The translations under genes were made by a program, and so were the position numbers. The notes beneath the pieces are model-generated. The model was not told the DNA's origin, made no database searches, and saw only the letters and a list, made by a program, of their open reading frames with translations. From the IMG/VR virus record IMGVR_UViG_2619619135_000002: a DNA stretch of 45,104 nucleotides. One strand, written 5' to 3'. The stretch is from a virus (taxonomy: Duplodnaviria > Heunggongvirae > Uroviricota > Caudoviricetes). Below are positions 25,058 through 32,554 of the stretch, in pieces (the stretch's first letter is position 1; every line of letters starts with the position of its first letter).

Positions 25058-25439
25058 TGCCGCCTCCTCCACCCCGCAGGCGGGAGAACAGGCCGGACAC
25101 CAGCGATGCAATATCCTGCTGGTGGATGAACGAGAGAATCTTCACCGACACCACTGACACCAGTACTGCACACAAGGCGTCGACAGGTGCACCGTCAAAC
25201 TCTGTATGCTTTACCAGCCAGGATGCCAGAACCTCTGCGCCCAGCACGCCGATAATGAACGACACCAGAAAATGCGCCGCCACACGCCAGGCTGAAAGCG
25301 CCTGCGGAATTGTTGCCACAAATAACGCCCCGGCGAACGCACCAAACACAATCCCGAAATCCGTTCCGGTAAACAGCCCGAATACCGTCGCCCCGCCGAG
25401 CGCCGCAGCCGTGCCGGAACCGGATAAGGGTTCAGACAT
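25047..25439 (-). CDS. Holin (130 aa, multi-TM, Gly/Ala-rich)
   Basis: Start set at MSEPLSGSG, preceded by CAGGAGAAAAAGT-ATG; three hydrophobic segments and a charged C-terminus; first gene of the lysis cassette. Confidence 0.7.
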   Translation of the reverse strand: MSEPLSGSGTAAALGGATVFGLFTGTDFGIVFGAFAGALFVATIPQALSAWRVAAHFLVSFIIGVLGAEVLASWLVKHTEFDGAPVDALCAVLVSVVSVKILSFIHQQDIASLVSGLFSRLRGGGGGNVK

Positions 25440-25457
25440 ACTTTTTCTCCTGTAAAT

Positions 25458-25479
25458 AAAAAAGGGCCACCAGCGGCCC
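25458..25479 (-). terminator. Rho-independent terminator immediately upstream of the holin
   Basis: Minus strand reads GGGCCGCTGGTGGCCCTTTTTTATTT. Confidence 0.65.
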
Positions 25480-25802
25480 GTAAAAAACAACACCCCGTCA
25501 AAGGCACCCGCAGATGCCTTCTGTGTGGTGTTATTCAGATTTGCGCCGTGCGTGGCGCGAAGAAATGAAATAAGACTTACCTGAAATTAAGGTTAATCCA
25601 GGGATTTAAACCATTTTTAATGCTTAGTAATATAAATGCGCCTCCCTGGAGGAGGCAGATGCTTATGATTCTTCATGGACTTTGTCCCGCGGCTTTAATC
25701 CGACGGCCGCGCCTTTTTTCACCCTCTCGCAAATTGCTAACCAAGGACCTTGTCCCACGAGTATTCCAGGATGCTCGTGTCTTTTTTTGTCCGGAGAAGA
25801 AA

Positions 25803-25826
25803 TAAAAAAAACCGCCTGGTGCGGCG
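25803..25826 (-). terminator. Rho-independent terminator downstream of the tRNA
   Basis: Minus strand reads CCGCCGCACCAGGCGGTTTTTTTTAT. Confidence 0.65.
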
Positions 25827-26082
25827 GTTAAGGATGTATTACCAGATTTTGCTTAGTATGTGATTAATCTCAATGTCACGTTTAGCGATGTTTACAACAT
25901 CGGGATGGCACATCACCGACCCTGCCAGGAAATACAAAATCTCCACCGACAATGCGCCATTCCGCTGTTGTAAAAAATCAGCACTGTGACTATAACTGGC
26001 TTCGAACCATAGCCAGAAGACAGATAAAAAACTGTCCCCACGCAATAAAAATACGCCAGTGCCGCAATAAGGCTTGTTTCTC

Positions 26083-26157
<75 letters not shown>

Positions 26158-26374
26158 ATACTGTACTGGCTTCCGGAATCACACGAATTACCAGGAAAGC
26201 CAGCACTGGTCCTTCAGACGATAGTAACACCCCTGTGAACACAAAAATAACCGTCTTCCGGACCAGTCAGAATACTAACGACAGTTTTTCAGACATCAAA
26301 AATATATTTGGTGTTCAGTTTTAAATATGTGTATACATCTGTATCAGAAATATACAACTTATATCATCACTGAA

Positions 26375-27421
26375 TTAAAAATCTTTCGTTATTTCTCTGG
26401 CCGTCTGATTAAAACGTTCCTCTTCCAGTTCCACGCCAATCGCCCTGCGTCCCAGCGACAGTGCCGCTTTTATTGTCGACCCCGACCCCATAAAAAAATC
26501 TGCGACCAAATCGCCTGGACGGCTGCTGGCAGTAATTATCTGACGCAACATATCCGCCGGTTTTTCACAGGGATGCTTACCCGGATAAAACTGCACGGGC
26601 TTGTGCGTCCAGACATCCGTATAAGGAACGACAGCCGATACGGAAAAATAACGCCGCAGTGATTTGTATTCCTCCAGCAGGCTGGCATATTGCCGGTTCA
26701 GTTCGCTGTATGTGCTGACCAGCTGGTGGTGTGGCTTTTCCAGTTCCCCGCGCTGATGTTTTTCTGCCGCAACACGCGCAAACAACGCCTGCAGTTTTCT
26801 GTAATCAGCTTCGCTCGGTAACTGCCACTGACTGGTGCCAAACCAGTGCGAAGTCATGTTTTTCTTTCCGGTGGCTTCAGCTATCTGTTTTGACGTTATC
26901 CCCAGTGATTCACGCGCATCACGGAAGTAAGAAATCAGCGGGGCCATGACGTGCTGTTTTAGCTCGCGTCCCTTTGCCGCATAGCCGTCATTTTTGGGCT
27001 GGTATGGCCCCTGATAATGTTCTGCAAACAGAATGCGTTCTGTTGCAGGGAAATACGCCCGCAGGCTTTCCTTGTTGCATCCGTTCCAGCGTCCGGACGG
27101 CTTCGCCCAGATAATGTGGTTCAGCACATTAAAGCGTTCACGCATCATGATTTCGATATCAGATGCCAGGCGATGACCACAGAACAGGTAAAGACTTCCG
27201 GCAGGCTTCAGTACACGCCAGAATTGCGCCAGACACTGGTCCAGCCATTTCAGGTAATCATCGTCGCCCTTCCACTGGTTATCCCAGCCCTCGGGCTTCA
27301 CTTTAAAGTATGGCGGGTCTGTGACTATCAGATCGACAGAATTTTCCGGTAAGGTCTGGATAAATTCCAGGCAATCAGCGTTGATTAACTCGCAACTGGA
27401 TATTTTTACAGTATTAGCCAT
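26375..27421 (-). CDS. Orphan DNA methyltransferase, beta-class amino-MTase (N6-adenine or N4-cytosine)
   Basis: 348 aa; catalytic motif IV DPPY near the N-terminus (LIVTDPPYF) and SAM-binding motif I FxGxG near the C-terminus (FFMGSGST), the beta-class order. No adjacent restriction endonuclease. Confidence 0.85.
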   Translation of the reverse strand: MANTVKISSCELINADCLEFIQTLPENSVDLIVTDPPYFKVKPEGWDNQWKGDDDYLKWLDQCLAQFWRVLKPAGSLYLFCGHRLASDIEIMMRERFNVLNHIIWAKPSGRWNGCNKESLRAYFPATERILFAEHYQGPYQPKNDGYAAKGRELKQHVMAPLISYFRDARESLGITSKQIAEATGKKNMTSHWFGTSQWQLPSEADYRKLQALFARVAAEKHQRGELEKPHHQLVSTYSELNRQYASLLEEYKSLRRYFSVSAVVPYTDVWTHKPVQFYPGKHPCEKPADMLRQIITASSRPGDLVADFFMGSGSTIKAALSLGRRAIGVELEEERFNQTAREITKDF

Positions 27422-27571
27422 AGATCAATAAGCACTTCTCTGATAGGCTCATACCGCTTTTGCGCAAAGCAGATGGGCCTGAGGTTTGCTTGTGACCCCA
27501 ACGCATGAGCAGATGGCTGGCAGGTGCCGCTAACACCCACCAGCCGCCCATTACCACAAATTAAAAAACCT

Positions 27572-27769
27572 TCACTGCGGAAGGCGTCTGTAACAACCGA
27601 ACTGATAATCTGCCAGACCCGCCATAACAAGCTGGGTCAGTATTAACTGGCAACGTTCGCGTGAAAGGTAAGTATTCTGCGCAATTTCCCCGACGGTCGC
27701 CGGTTCGGTGACGCTTAATTCATTAAACACCACTCTGGCAGTTTCGGTCATATCCTGCTGTTTTAGCAT
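27572..27769 (-). CDS. Small putative HTH DNA-binding protein (66 aa)
   Basis: Start set at MLKQQDMTETARV; ...ATVGEIAQNTYLSRERCQLIL... resembles a helix-turn-helix; upstream of the methyltransferase. Confidence 0.45.
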   Translation of the reverse strand: MLKQQDMTETARVVFNELSVTEPATVGEIAQNTYLSRERCQLILTQLVMAGLADYQFGCYRRLPQ

Positions 27770-27892
27770 GTCTTTTTCCCTTTTCTGGTTAACGTGACAT
27801 ACCAATAACTCTTGTCGAAAAAGCCAGCAAGCTGAAAGACCCGTATTCGCAACCACCAGCGCGTTTAACGTCCTGTGCCGTTTTTAGGGCAC

Positions 27893-27915
27893 AAAAAAAC
27901 CCGCTCAGTGGCGGG
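27893..27915 (-). terminator. Rho-independent terminator, second copy of the tR'-like hairpin
   Basis: Minus strand reads CCCGCCACTGAGCGGGTTTTTTT; near-duplicate of the terminator at 28617-28639. Confidence 0.65.
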
Positions 27916-27937
27916 ATCTTTTGATAAAAACGACAAA

Positions 27938-27958
27938 GGCACCATTAAGGTGCCTTTT
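27938..27958 (+). terminator. Plus-strand hairpin plus T-run (candidate terminator for the opposite direction)
   Basis: GGCACC-ATTAA-GGTGCC-TTTT read on the plus strand. Confidence 0.4.
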
Positions 27959-28110
27959 ACACAGGGGCAGCAGGCTTGTCATCACCTCATCGCTACTCCT
28001 GGCTTCCTGTTCGGAAGTCTCACAAGTCCCATCAGGGTACAGCGACAGTATCAGCCAACACACTATGTGTGTCAATATAAATTCATATCGAATTCGATAA
28101 TCGTTTTCGA

Positions 28111-28512
28111 TTATCGATACAGATAAGCCATCCCTATCCCGTGCAATACCGCCCGTTTAATATTCTCAAACTCATCTTCCGCAATCATAGGAACAATATA
28201 ATTTCGTCCCTCCCAGGTTCTGGTTTTTATGCGATCCAGTCGGCTCAATGAAACCGTCATCAACATGTCACATTTTACCCAGCAAGTAATATGCTCATTA
28301 CCAGGTATGGGGTTTTCTGATAACTCATGATGGCAATCTCTGCGAGGGAGCGGTTCAGTAGTGCTTATTGGTACCACTGTTACCAATTGATTGTTGTGCC
28401 TGTTTCTGGACACGACCACCACTGGCCTGACCTTGACTATTTCCGGAACAACCATTCCCCGAAAATCACACATTAAAACAGAACGAACAGACGGCTGATA
28501 CTTTAATACCAT
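28111..28512 (-). CDS. PemK/MazF/Kid-fold toxin-like protein (133 aa from the ATG)
   Basis: MVLKYQPSVRSVLMCDFRGMVVPEIVKVRPVVVVSRNRHNNQLVTVVPISTTEP... aligns by eye to the MazF/Kid N-terminal pattern (Y.P.....DF......RP.VV.S....N...V.P..T). No antitoxin-sized ORF immediately upstream. Confidence 0.6.
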   Translation of the reverse strand: MVLKYQPSVRSVLMCDFRGMVVPEIVKVRPVVVVSRNRHNNQLVTVVPISTTEPLPRRDCHHELSENPIPGNEHITCWVKCDMLMTVSLSRLDRIKTRTWEGRNYIVPMIAEDEFENIKRAVLHGIGMAYLYR

Positions 28513-28616
28513 AAATCTCTTTGCCTGATAATGACGACTTGTGAACTCCACTACAAACAAAATGATTCTGCTGAACAGGCAGTTTCGCACTATACATTAT
28601 AACCTGTTAAGCCAAC

Positions 28617-28639
28617 AAAAAAACCCGCTCGGCGGCGGG
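28617..28639 (-). terminator. Rho-independent terminator downstream of the Q-like gene (tR'-like)
   Basis: Minus strand reads CCCGCCGCCGAGCGGGTTTTTTT, 67-89 nt after the Q-like stop. Confidence 0.7.
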
Positions 28640-28705
28640 ATTTGCTTACTTTGCCATCGAGTACAAAATCGGCAAAATATCAGATTTGCACGAAATATAT
28701 GCCTT

Positions 28706-29395
28706 TTAATCTACTTTTGCAACACTTTGCTTTGAAAATGCCGTCTTTTGTTCTGAACGTGTTCTCATCACAAACAATAAAGCCTCACTATCCAGCCGGT
28801 GGAAAATGTGTTTCATTGCAACCCAGTGACCAGTAAATGTTTTGGACCAGTTTTTTGTTTTTACTCCCGCCAGTAATGCCAGTTCCTGATATTCATAAGT
28901 TTCACGCCCAGCCAGCTCACTCTTCACATCCTGTGCCGCCAGCCAGATTAATTTTTTCAGGCGTTCCCGTGTTTTCTCCGCAATTTTTCTGGTACCGGAT
29001 TGAGTATTAAATTCATTCCACGCCCACTGTGTTATCGCGATCTGATATTCCCAACAAATACTCCCGCTGTAACTCCACAACAACCAGGCTTTATGATGTT
29101 CTTCAAGAGACAGAACAGCCCGCCGCCACGATGATGTCGAAAACTCAACCGGACTGACCAGAGGAATTGACGTCCCCTTCGCCAGCGATTGTTTTCCCGG
29201 GATTGGTGGATTATCCCGCGTAATCATTTTTCCGGTCACTTCATCTCGGTACCGGATTTTTTTACGCCTGTAACGCCCTGTATCGAACATGGCATTCTCC
29301 TGCCAGGCTTCAAGCTGACCTTTTGTTGCCCCACTCAAATCAGCGGTGGCGATAATGAGCTGCTCACGCACAAACTGTAAATACTGGTTATTCAT
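28706..29395 (-). CDS. Putative late-gene antiterminator (Q-like), 229 aa
   Basis: ATG overlaps the RusA stop (ATGA coupling), the arrangement seen in DLP12-type nin regions; followed by an intrinsic terminator and then late and lysis genes. Assignment is by position; the sequence is not recognisably lambda Q. Confidence 0.5.
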   Translation of the reverse strand: MNNQYLQFVREQLIIATADLSGATKGQLEAWQENAMFDTGRYRRKKIRYRDEVTGKMITRDNPPIPGKQSLAKGTSIPLVSPVEFSTSSWRRAVLSLEEHHKAWLLWSYSGSICWEYQIAITQWAWNEFNTQSGTRKIAEKTRERLKKLIWLAAQDVKSELAGRETYEYQELALLAGVKTKNWSKTFTGHWVAMKHIFHRLDSEALLFVMRTRSEQKTAFSKQSVAKVD

Positions 29396-29751
29396 GCGCA
29401 CTCCAGTTCTGTGATTTTTATCCCCAACCGACCACCAGGAACGAGCTGACCGCGCACAATATTGATTTCATCAAACTGCTCGTCGTCTATGAGAAGCCCC
29501 GCATGCATCAGTGCATCCAGCGGTGCTTTCAGGATATTGTCCAGGTCCCGACGGCGCTTATCCGGCGGCTCTGCAGTAATTTTTATTGCCAGCCTTCCGG
29601 ACAGGCTTAATTTCAGCCGCTGCTGGCGAACAATAAGCACCACAGCCCGGCGATAACGCTTTCCCTCCTCCGAGATAAAATATGTGCTGCCACGGCGTCG
29701 CCAGTAAGTGTTCACCGTCGGCGGGTAAGGTAAAACCAAATCTATGAGCAT
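29392..29751 (-). CDS. rusA: Holliday junction resolvase RusA
   Basis: 119 aa with ...PPDKRRRDLDNILKAPLDALMHAGLLIDDEQ..., the conserved RusA catalytic Asp region; size matches E. coli RusA (120 aa). Confidence 0.85.
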   Translation of the reverse strand: MLIDLVLPYPPTVNTYWRRRGSTYFISEEGKRYRRAVVLIVRQQRLKLSLSGRLAIKITAEPPDKRRRDLDNILKAPLDALMHAGLLIDDEQFDEINIVRGQLVPGGRLGIKITELECA

Positions 29752-29763
29752 CAGTCACCTCTT

Positions 29764-30813
29764 TTACCCAAGCACGCCAGTTGCAAAGGCGTGATCAAGA
29801 AAACGAAAAATTAAATCAACCTGAGAACCATGCTTTTCTTCGAACGCCAGCGGATCCGCATGAAGCTCGTTGTGATGCTCCCGACACAGCGGTAGCGTGA
29901 AAATATCGTGAGATTTTGTCCCCATTCCGCCCTGACCATGACCAATCAGGTGATGGGGATCGTCGGCTGGCTTACCACAACACGCACACGGCTGTGTCTT
30001 CACCCAGCGTGTGTATTTCTCGTTAACCCAGCGGCGACGTTTAGGTCGTTTCATGAAAGATTCCGGAGACTCAGGATCAACGGCAATGCTGACCACCGTC
30101 TTTTCCTGTGGTGGGTTCTGTTGCTGGTGGGCGTGAGGCAGCGGCGCAAGATTTTTTGTGCGCTGTTTCAGTATGCTGGTGGCGGTCTGCTCTCCCGGTA
30201 CGATGTCGCTTTCACGGTACATTGAGCGGATTTTTTCCGCACGCAACCCCAGCGAACGACGTAATACCGCCTCCGGTAGCGCGTCCGCCACCTGATTGCG
30301 GACCGCCCACCAGGATAATTCAGCCAGCGATAATTCCCGCTCCTGTGTGCCATTCATTGCGTGACGAATGACGTCAATCATCCATGCTGACAAGTTTTGG
30401 TGAGCAAGTTGCTCAAGTGATTCGGAGGTCTGGTCACGCAACTGGTTGTCGCAGTGCCAGCACAACACCATTGCGCCGGTACCATAACGGTGAATGACGG
30501 TTTCACTATGGTGATAATCGCCGTGTGGCCACTGGCAGGATTTAACATGGCGCAGTAACCAGTCAGACAATGCGCCAGCGCCACCAGCAGCACGAATCAC
30601 TCGTTCGTCGCTGAAAAATGGCAGTAATGATTTATCCTCCGCCAGCGGCTGGCGAACGGCAGGAACGACCCCGGACGGCAGATTACGCATGCTTTTCGGT
30701 TCCGGCTCCACCAGTACCCGGGTATTGTGGAATACCGGCATGGATTCACGGCCCGGCTTAACTATCACCAGCCCGAGTTCCGGTACCAGAACAGGTCGAA
30801 GTAATACCCGCAC
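29764..30813 (-). CDS. DUF968-type nin-region protein (YdfU-like) with a C-terminal Cys/His zinc-binding or HNH-like motif
   Basis: 349-aa ORF; C-terminal ...CACCGKPADDPHHLIGHGQGGMGTKSHDIFTLPLCREHHNELHADP...; GTG start abuts the upstream stop; an internal ATG at 30741 is an alternative start. Confidence 0.6.
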   Translation of the reverse strand: MRVLLRPVLVPELGLVIVKPGRESMPVFHNTRVLVEPEPKSMRNLPSGVVPAVRQPLAEDKSLLPFFSDERVIRAAGGAGALSDWLLRHVKSCQWPHGDYHHSETVIHRYGTGAMVLCWHCDNQLRDQTSESLEQLAHQNLSAWMIDVIRHAMNGTQERELSLAELSWWAVRNQVADALPEAVLRRSLGLRAEKIRSMYRESDIVPGEQTATSILKQRTKNLAPLPHAHQQQNPPQEKTVVSIAVDPESPESFMKRPKRRRWVNEKYTRWVKTQPCACCGKPADDPHHLIGHGQGGMGTKSHDIFTLPLCREHHNELHADPLAFEEKHGSQVDLIFRFLDHAFATGVLG

Positions 30814-30814
30814 G

Positions 30815-31093
30815 TTACCTCCAGATGCGTTGCTGGAATGTGCGGGACGGACGCGGTGGGCGTTCGGAGTAAGGAAGCCTGACGGAGATTATCCAGTGAC
30901 GGTAGTCGAGGCTAAGGGCTTTTTTAACCTCGTATCCGCGCCTGCGGTAACACTGAATTATCCATTCAGCCTGCTCTTCAGTGCATGGTGGATGCTGGAA
31001 CCAGTCCGATTTGAATGCATGAAAACGCCGTCCGCACCTGCTGGCAAAGACGGCAGAATCATCAGAATTGTGTAATTTGGTATCGTGCGCCAT
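30815..31093 (-). CDS. Hypothetical nin-region protein (92 aa from the ATG)
   Basis: The listed ORF starts with TTG; the first ATG gives MAHDTKLHNSDDSAVFASRCGRRFHAFKSDWFQHPPCTEEQAEWIIQCYRRRGYEV...; stop immediately precedes the DUF968 start. Confidence 0.45.
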   Translation of the reverse strand: MAHDTKLHNSDDSAVFASRCGRRFHAFKSDWFQHPPCTEEQAEWIIQCYRRRGYEVKKALSLDYRHWIISVRLPYSERPPRPSRTFQQRIWR

Positions 31094-31551
31094 CGGTTGT
31101 CTCTGCTGGCGCAGCAGGTGCCAGTTGTTCAGGCTGGCGTATAAAGTATAAATAAACTGGTTCCAGTGTAAAGCCCCTACATTAATGGAATAAAAGTCAA
31201 ACAACAGATTGCTGGGATAAACACAACGCTTATTATTAAAAGCGATTAGATAAATTAAATTTTAATGTTATGCAATTTTACCAGATCACCATAACATCTC
31301 GTTTGAAACCACCGAAACAACAACCATATCAATATTGATTATGTTAAAGTGAGTAAATATGGAAAACAACAAATCTGCACATTACGCTCCTTTTTTATCT
31401 GTGATACTTTTTGTTTTATGCTGTGTGTGGGCATTATTTTTATAAAAATATTTACAGATAAAATAAACCCGCCGAAGCGGGTTAAGCGCGGGTGCGTTGA
31501 GGATGCCTGACACATCAGAGGCGGCGAGGGATTTCTCCCTCGCCTGGTCTC

Positions 31552-31707
31552 TTACTCCTCAGGTTCGTAGACTGTGAAGACAGCGACCTCCGTCTGGCCG
31601 GTTCGGATTCGTACCTCGCAGAGGTCTTTCCTCGTTACCAGTGCCGTCACTATGACGGTTAAACAGATGACGATCAGGGCGATTAACATCGCCTTTTGCT
31701 GCTTCAT
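31552..31707 (-). CDS. hok: Hok/Gef-family type I toxin (HokD/RelF-like), 51 aa
   Basis: MKQQKAMLIALIVICLTVIVTALVTRKDLCEVRIRTGQTEVAVFTVYEPEE: single TM helix plus the conserved C-x-[VI]-R periplasmic motif; near-identical to HokD as recalled. The in-frame upstream extension in the listed ORF is likely leader (mok-like) sequence. Confidence 0.85.
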   Translation of the reverse strand: MKQQKAMLIALIVICLTVIVTALVTRKDLCEVRIRTGQTEVAVFTVYEPEE

Positions 31708-32554
31708 AGCCTGCTTCTCCTTGCCTTTCGGCACGTAAGAGGCTAACCTAGATTTGCCGTTCATAGATTGAGCCTCAGATTAATGTTAAGCGTCTTGCAG
31801 GACGCGTAATGTTAACTGGGGCTTTTCTCTATCTGCCTTTGGTGTTCATGCCTGAGACAGATAGCCTCAAGCACCCGCAGCCATTGTACTTAACTCCCGT
31901 TACCTCGCCAATATAAAATCAATCAGAAAGGCGATCCATAAGGACAATAGCAAGACAATAAATTGCCATTACCCGCAATAGCCAGCGCACATTTGAGGAC
32001 CAGCACGACAACTTTCTGTATCGGACGTACACCAGTCCTGATAAATACAAGGCGGTCTCATCAGTGATGAAATGCAACTATTGAGTACAGTTTCTCTGAT
32101 TTTTCTGTAAAACATGGAACACAACAACTAAATATAACTAGCACTTCTTAAGATGTACAAATTCAGAGTTAAGATAACGTAAGCAGTTTTCTCAAAACTA
32201 AGTGTAAATTTTTAATGAAGAGCAGTGCTATGCTCCTGATCATATATTCATTGTTTGGAACTGGAGGAATATTTAGGTTGCTGGAGTGGTTGATTGAATT
32301 TAAATCAACTAAGACAAAAACCAACAATTAAAGATATGTGGTATATCAGAAAACAACTATCCGTATATTACTACAGAATTAAATACTAGCAACAAAGCTG
32401 TCTTTATTGATTTTTTATCTGATATCGAAATAAATAAACATAAAATAACCAACTAATTAAAACAGAGACTCGACAATGAGCCTCTATCTATTGTAACAGC
32501 ACTTCCAAATTTATTTTAGTAAGATAATAGCATGGGGCATACTAGCCCCATCTT

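Noticed and set aside
25960-26062. Possible second tRNA downstream of tRNA-Gly (GGTTCGAAGCC T-loop-like motif)
   Set aside because: Could not fold a complete cloverleaf by hand; T-stem pairs only 3 bp; may be a tRNA remnant.
26160-26210. Inverted repeat CTGGCTTCCGG-N14-CCAGGAAAGCCAG between the methyltransferase and tRNA
   Set aside because: Imperfect hairpin without a U-tract; could be a tRNA processing or terminator-like element but evidence is too weak to call.
28590-28706. PR'-like late promoter and qut site between the Q-like gene and its terminator
   Set aside because: Candidate -35/-10 hexamers are present but none is convincing by eye; the interval to the terminator is much shorter than lambda's 6S RNA, so the late promoter may lie within the 3' end of the Q-like gene. 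Not called.
32215-32331. 38-aa hydrophobic plus-strand ORF (MKSSAMLLIIYSLFGTGGIFRLLEWLIEFKSTKTKTNN) downstream of the 834-aa gene
   Set aside because: No Shine-Dalgarno sequence, and AT-rich DNA readily yields hydrophobic pseudo-ORFs; kept only as a note in case a small partner protein is sought.
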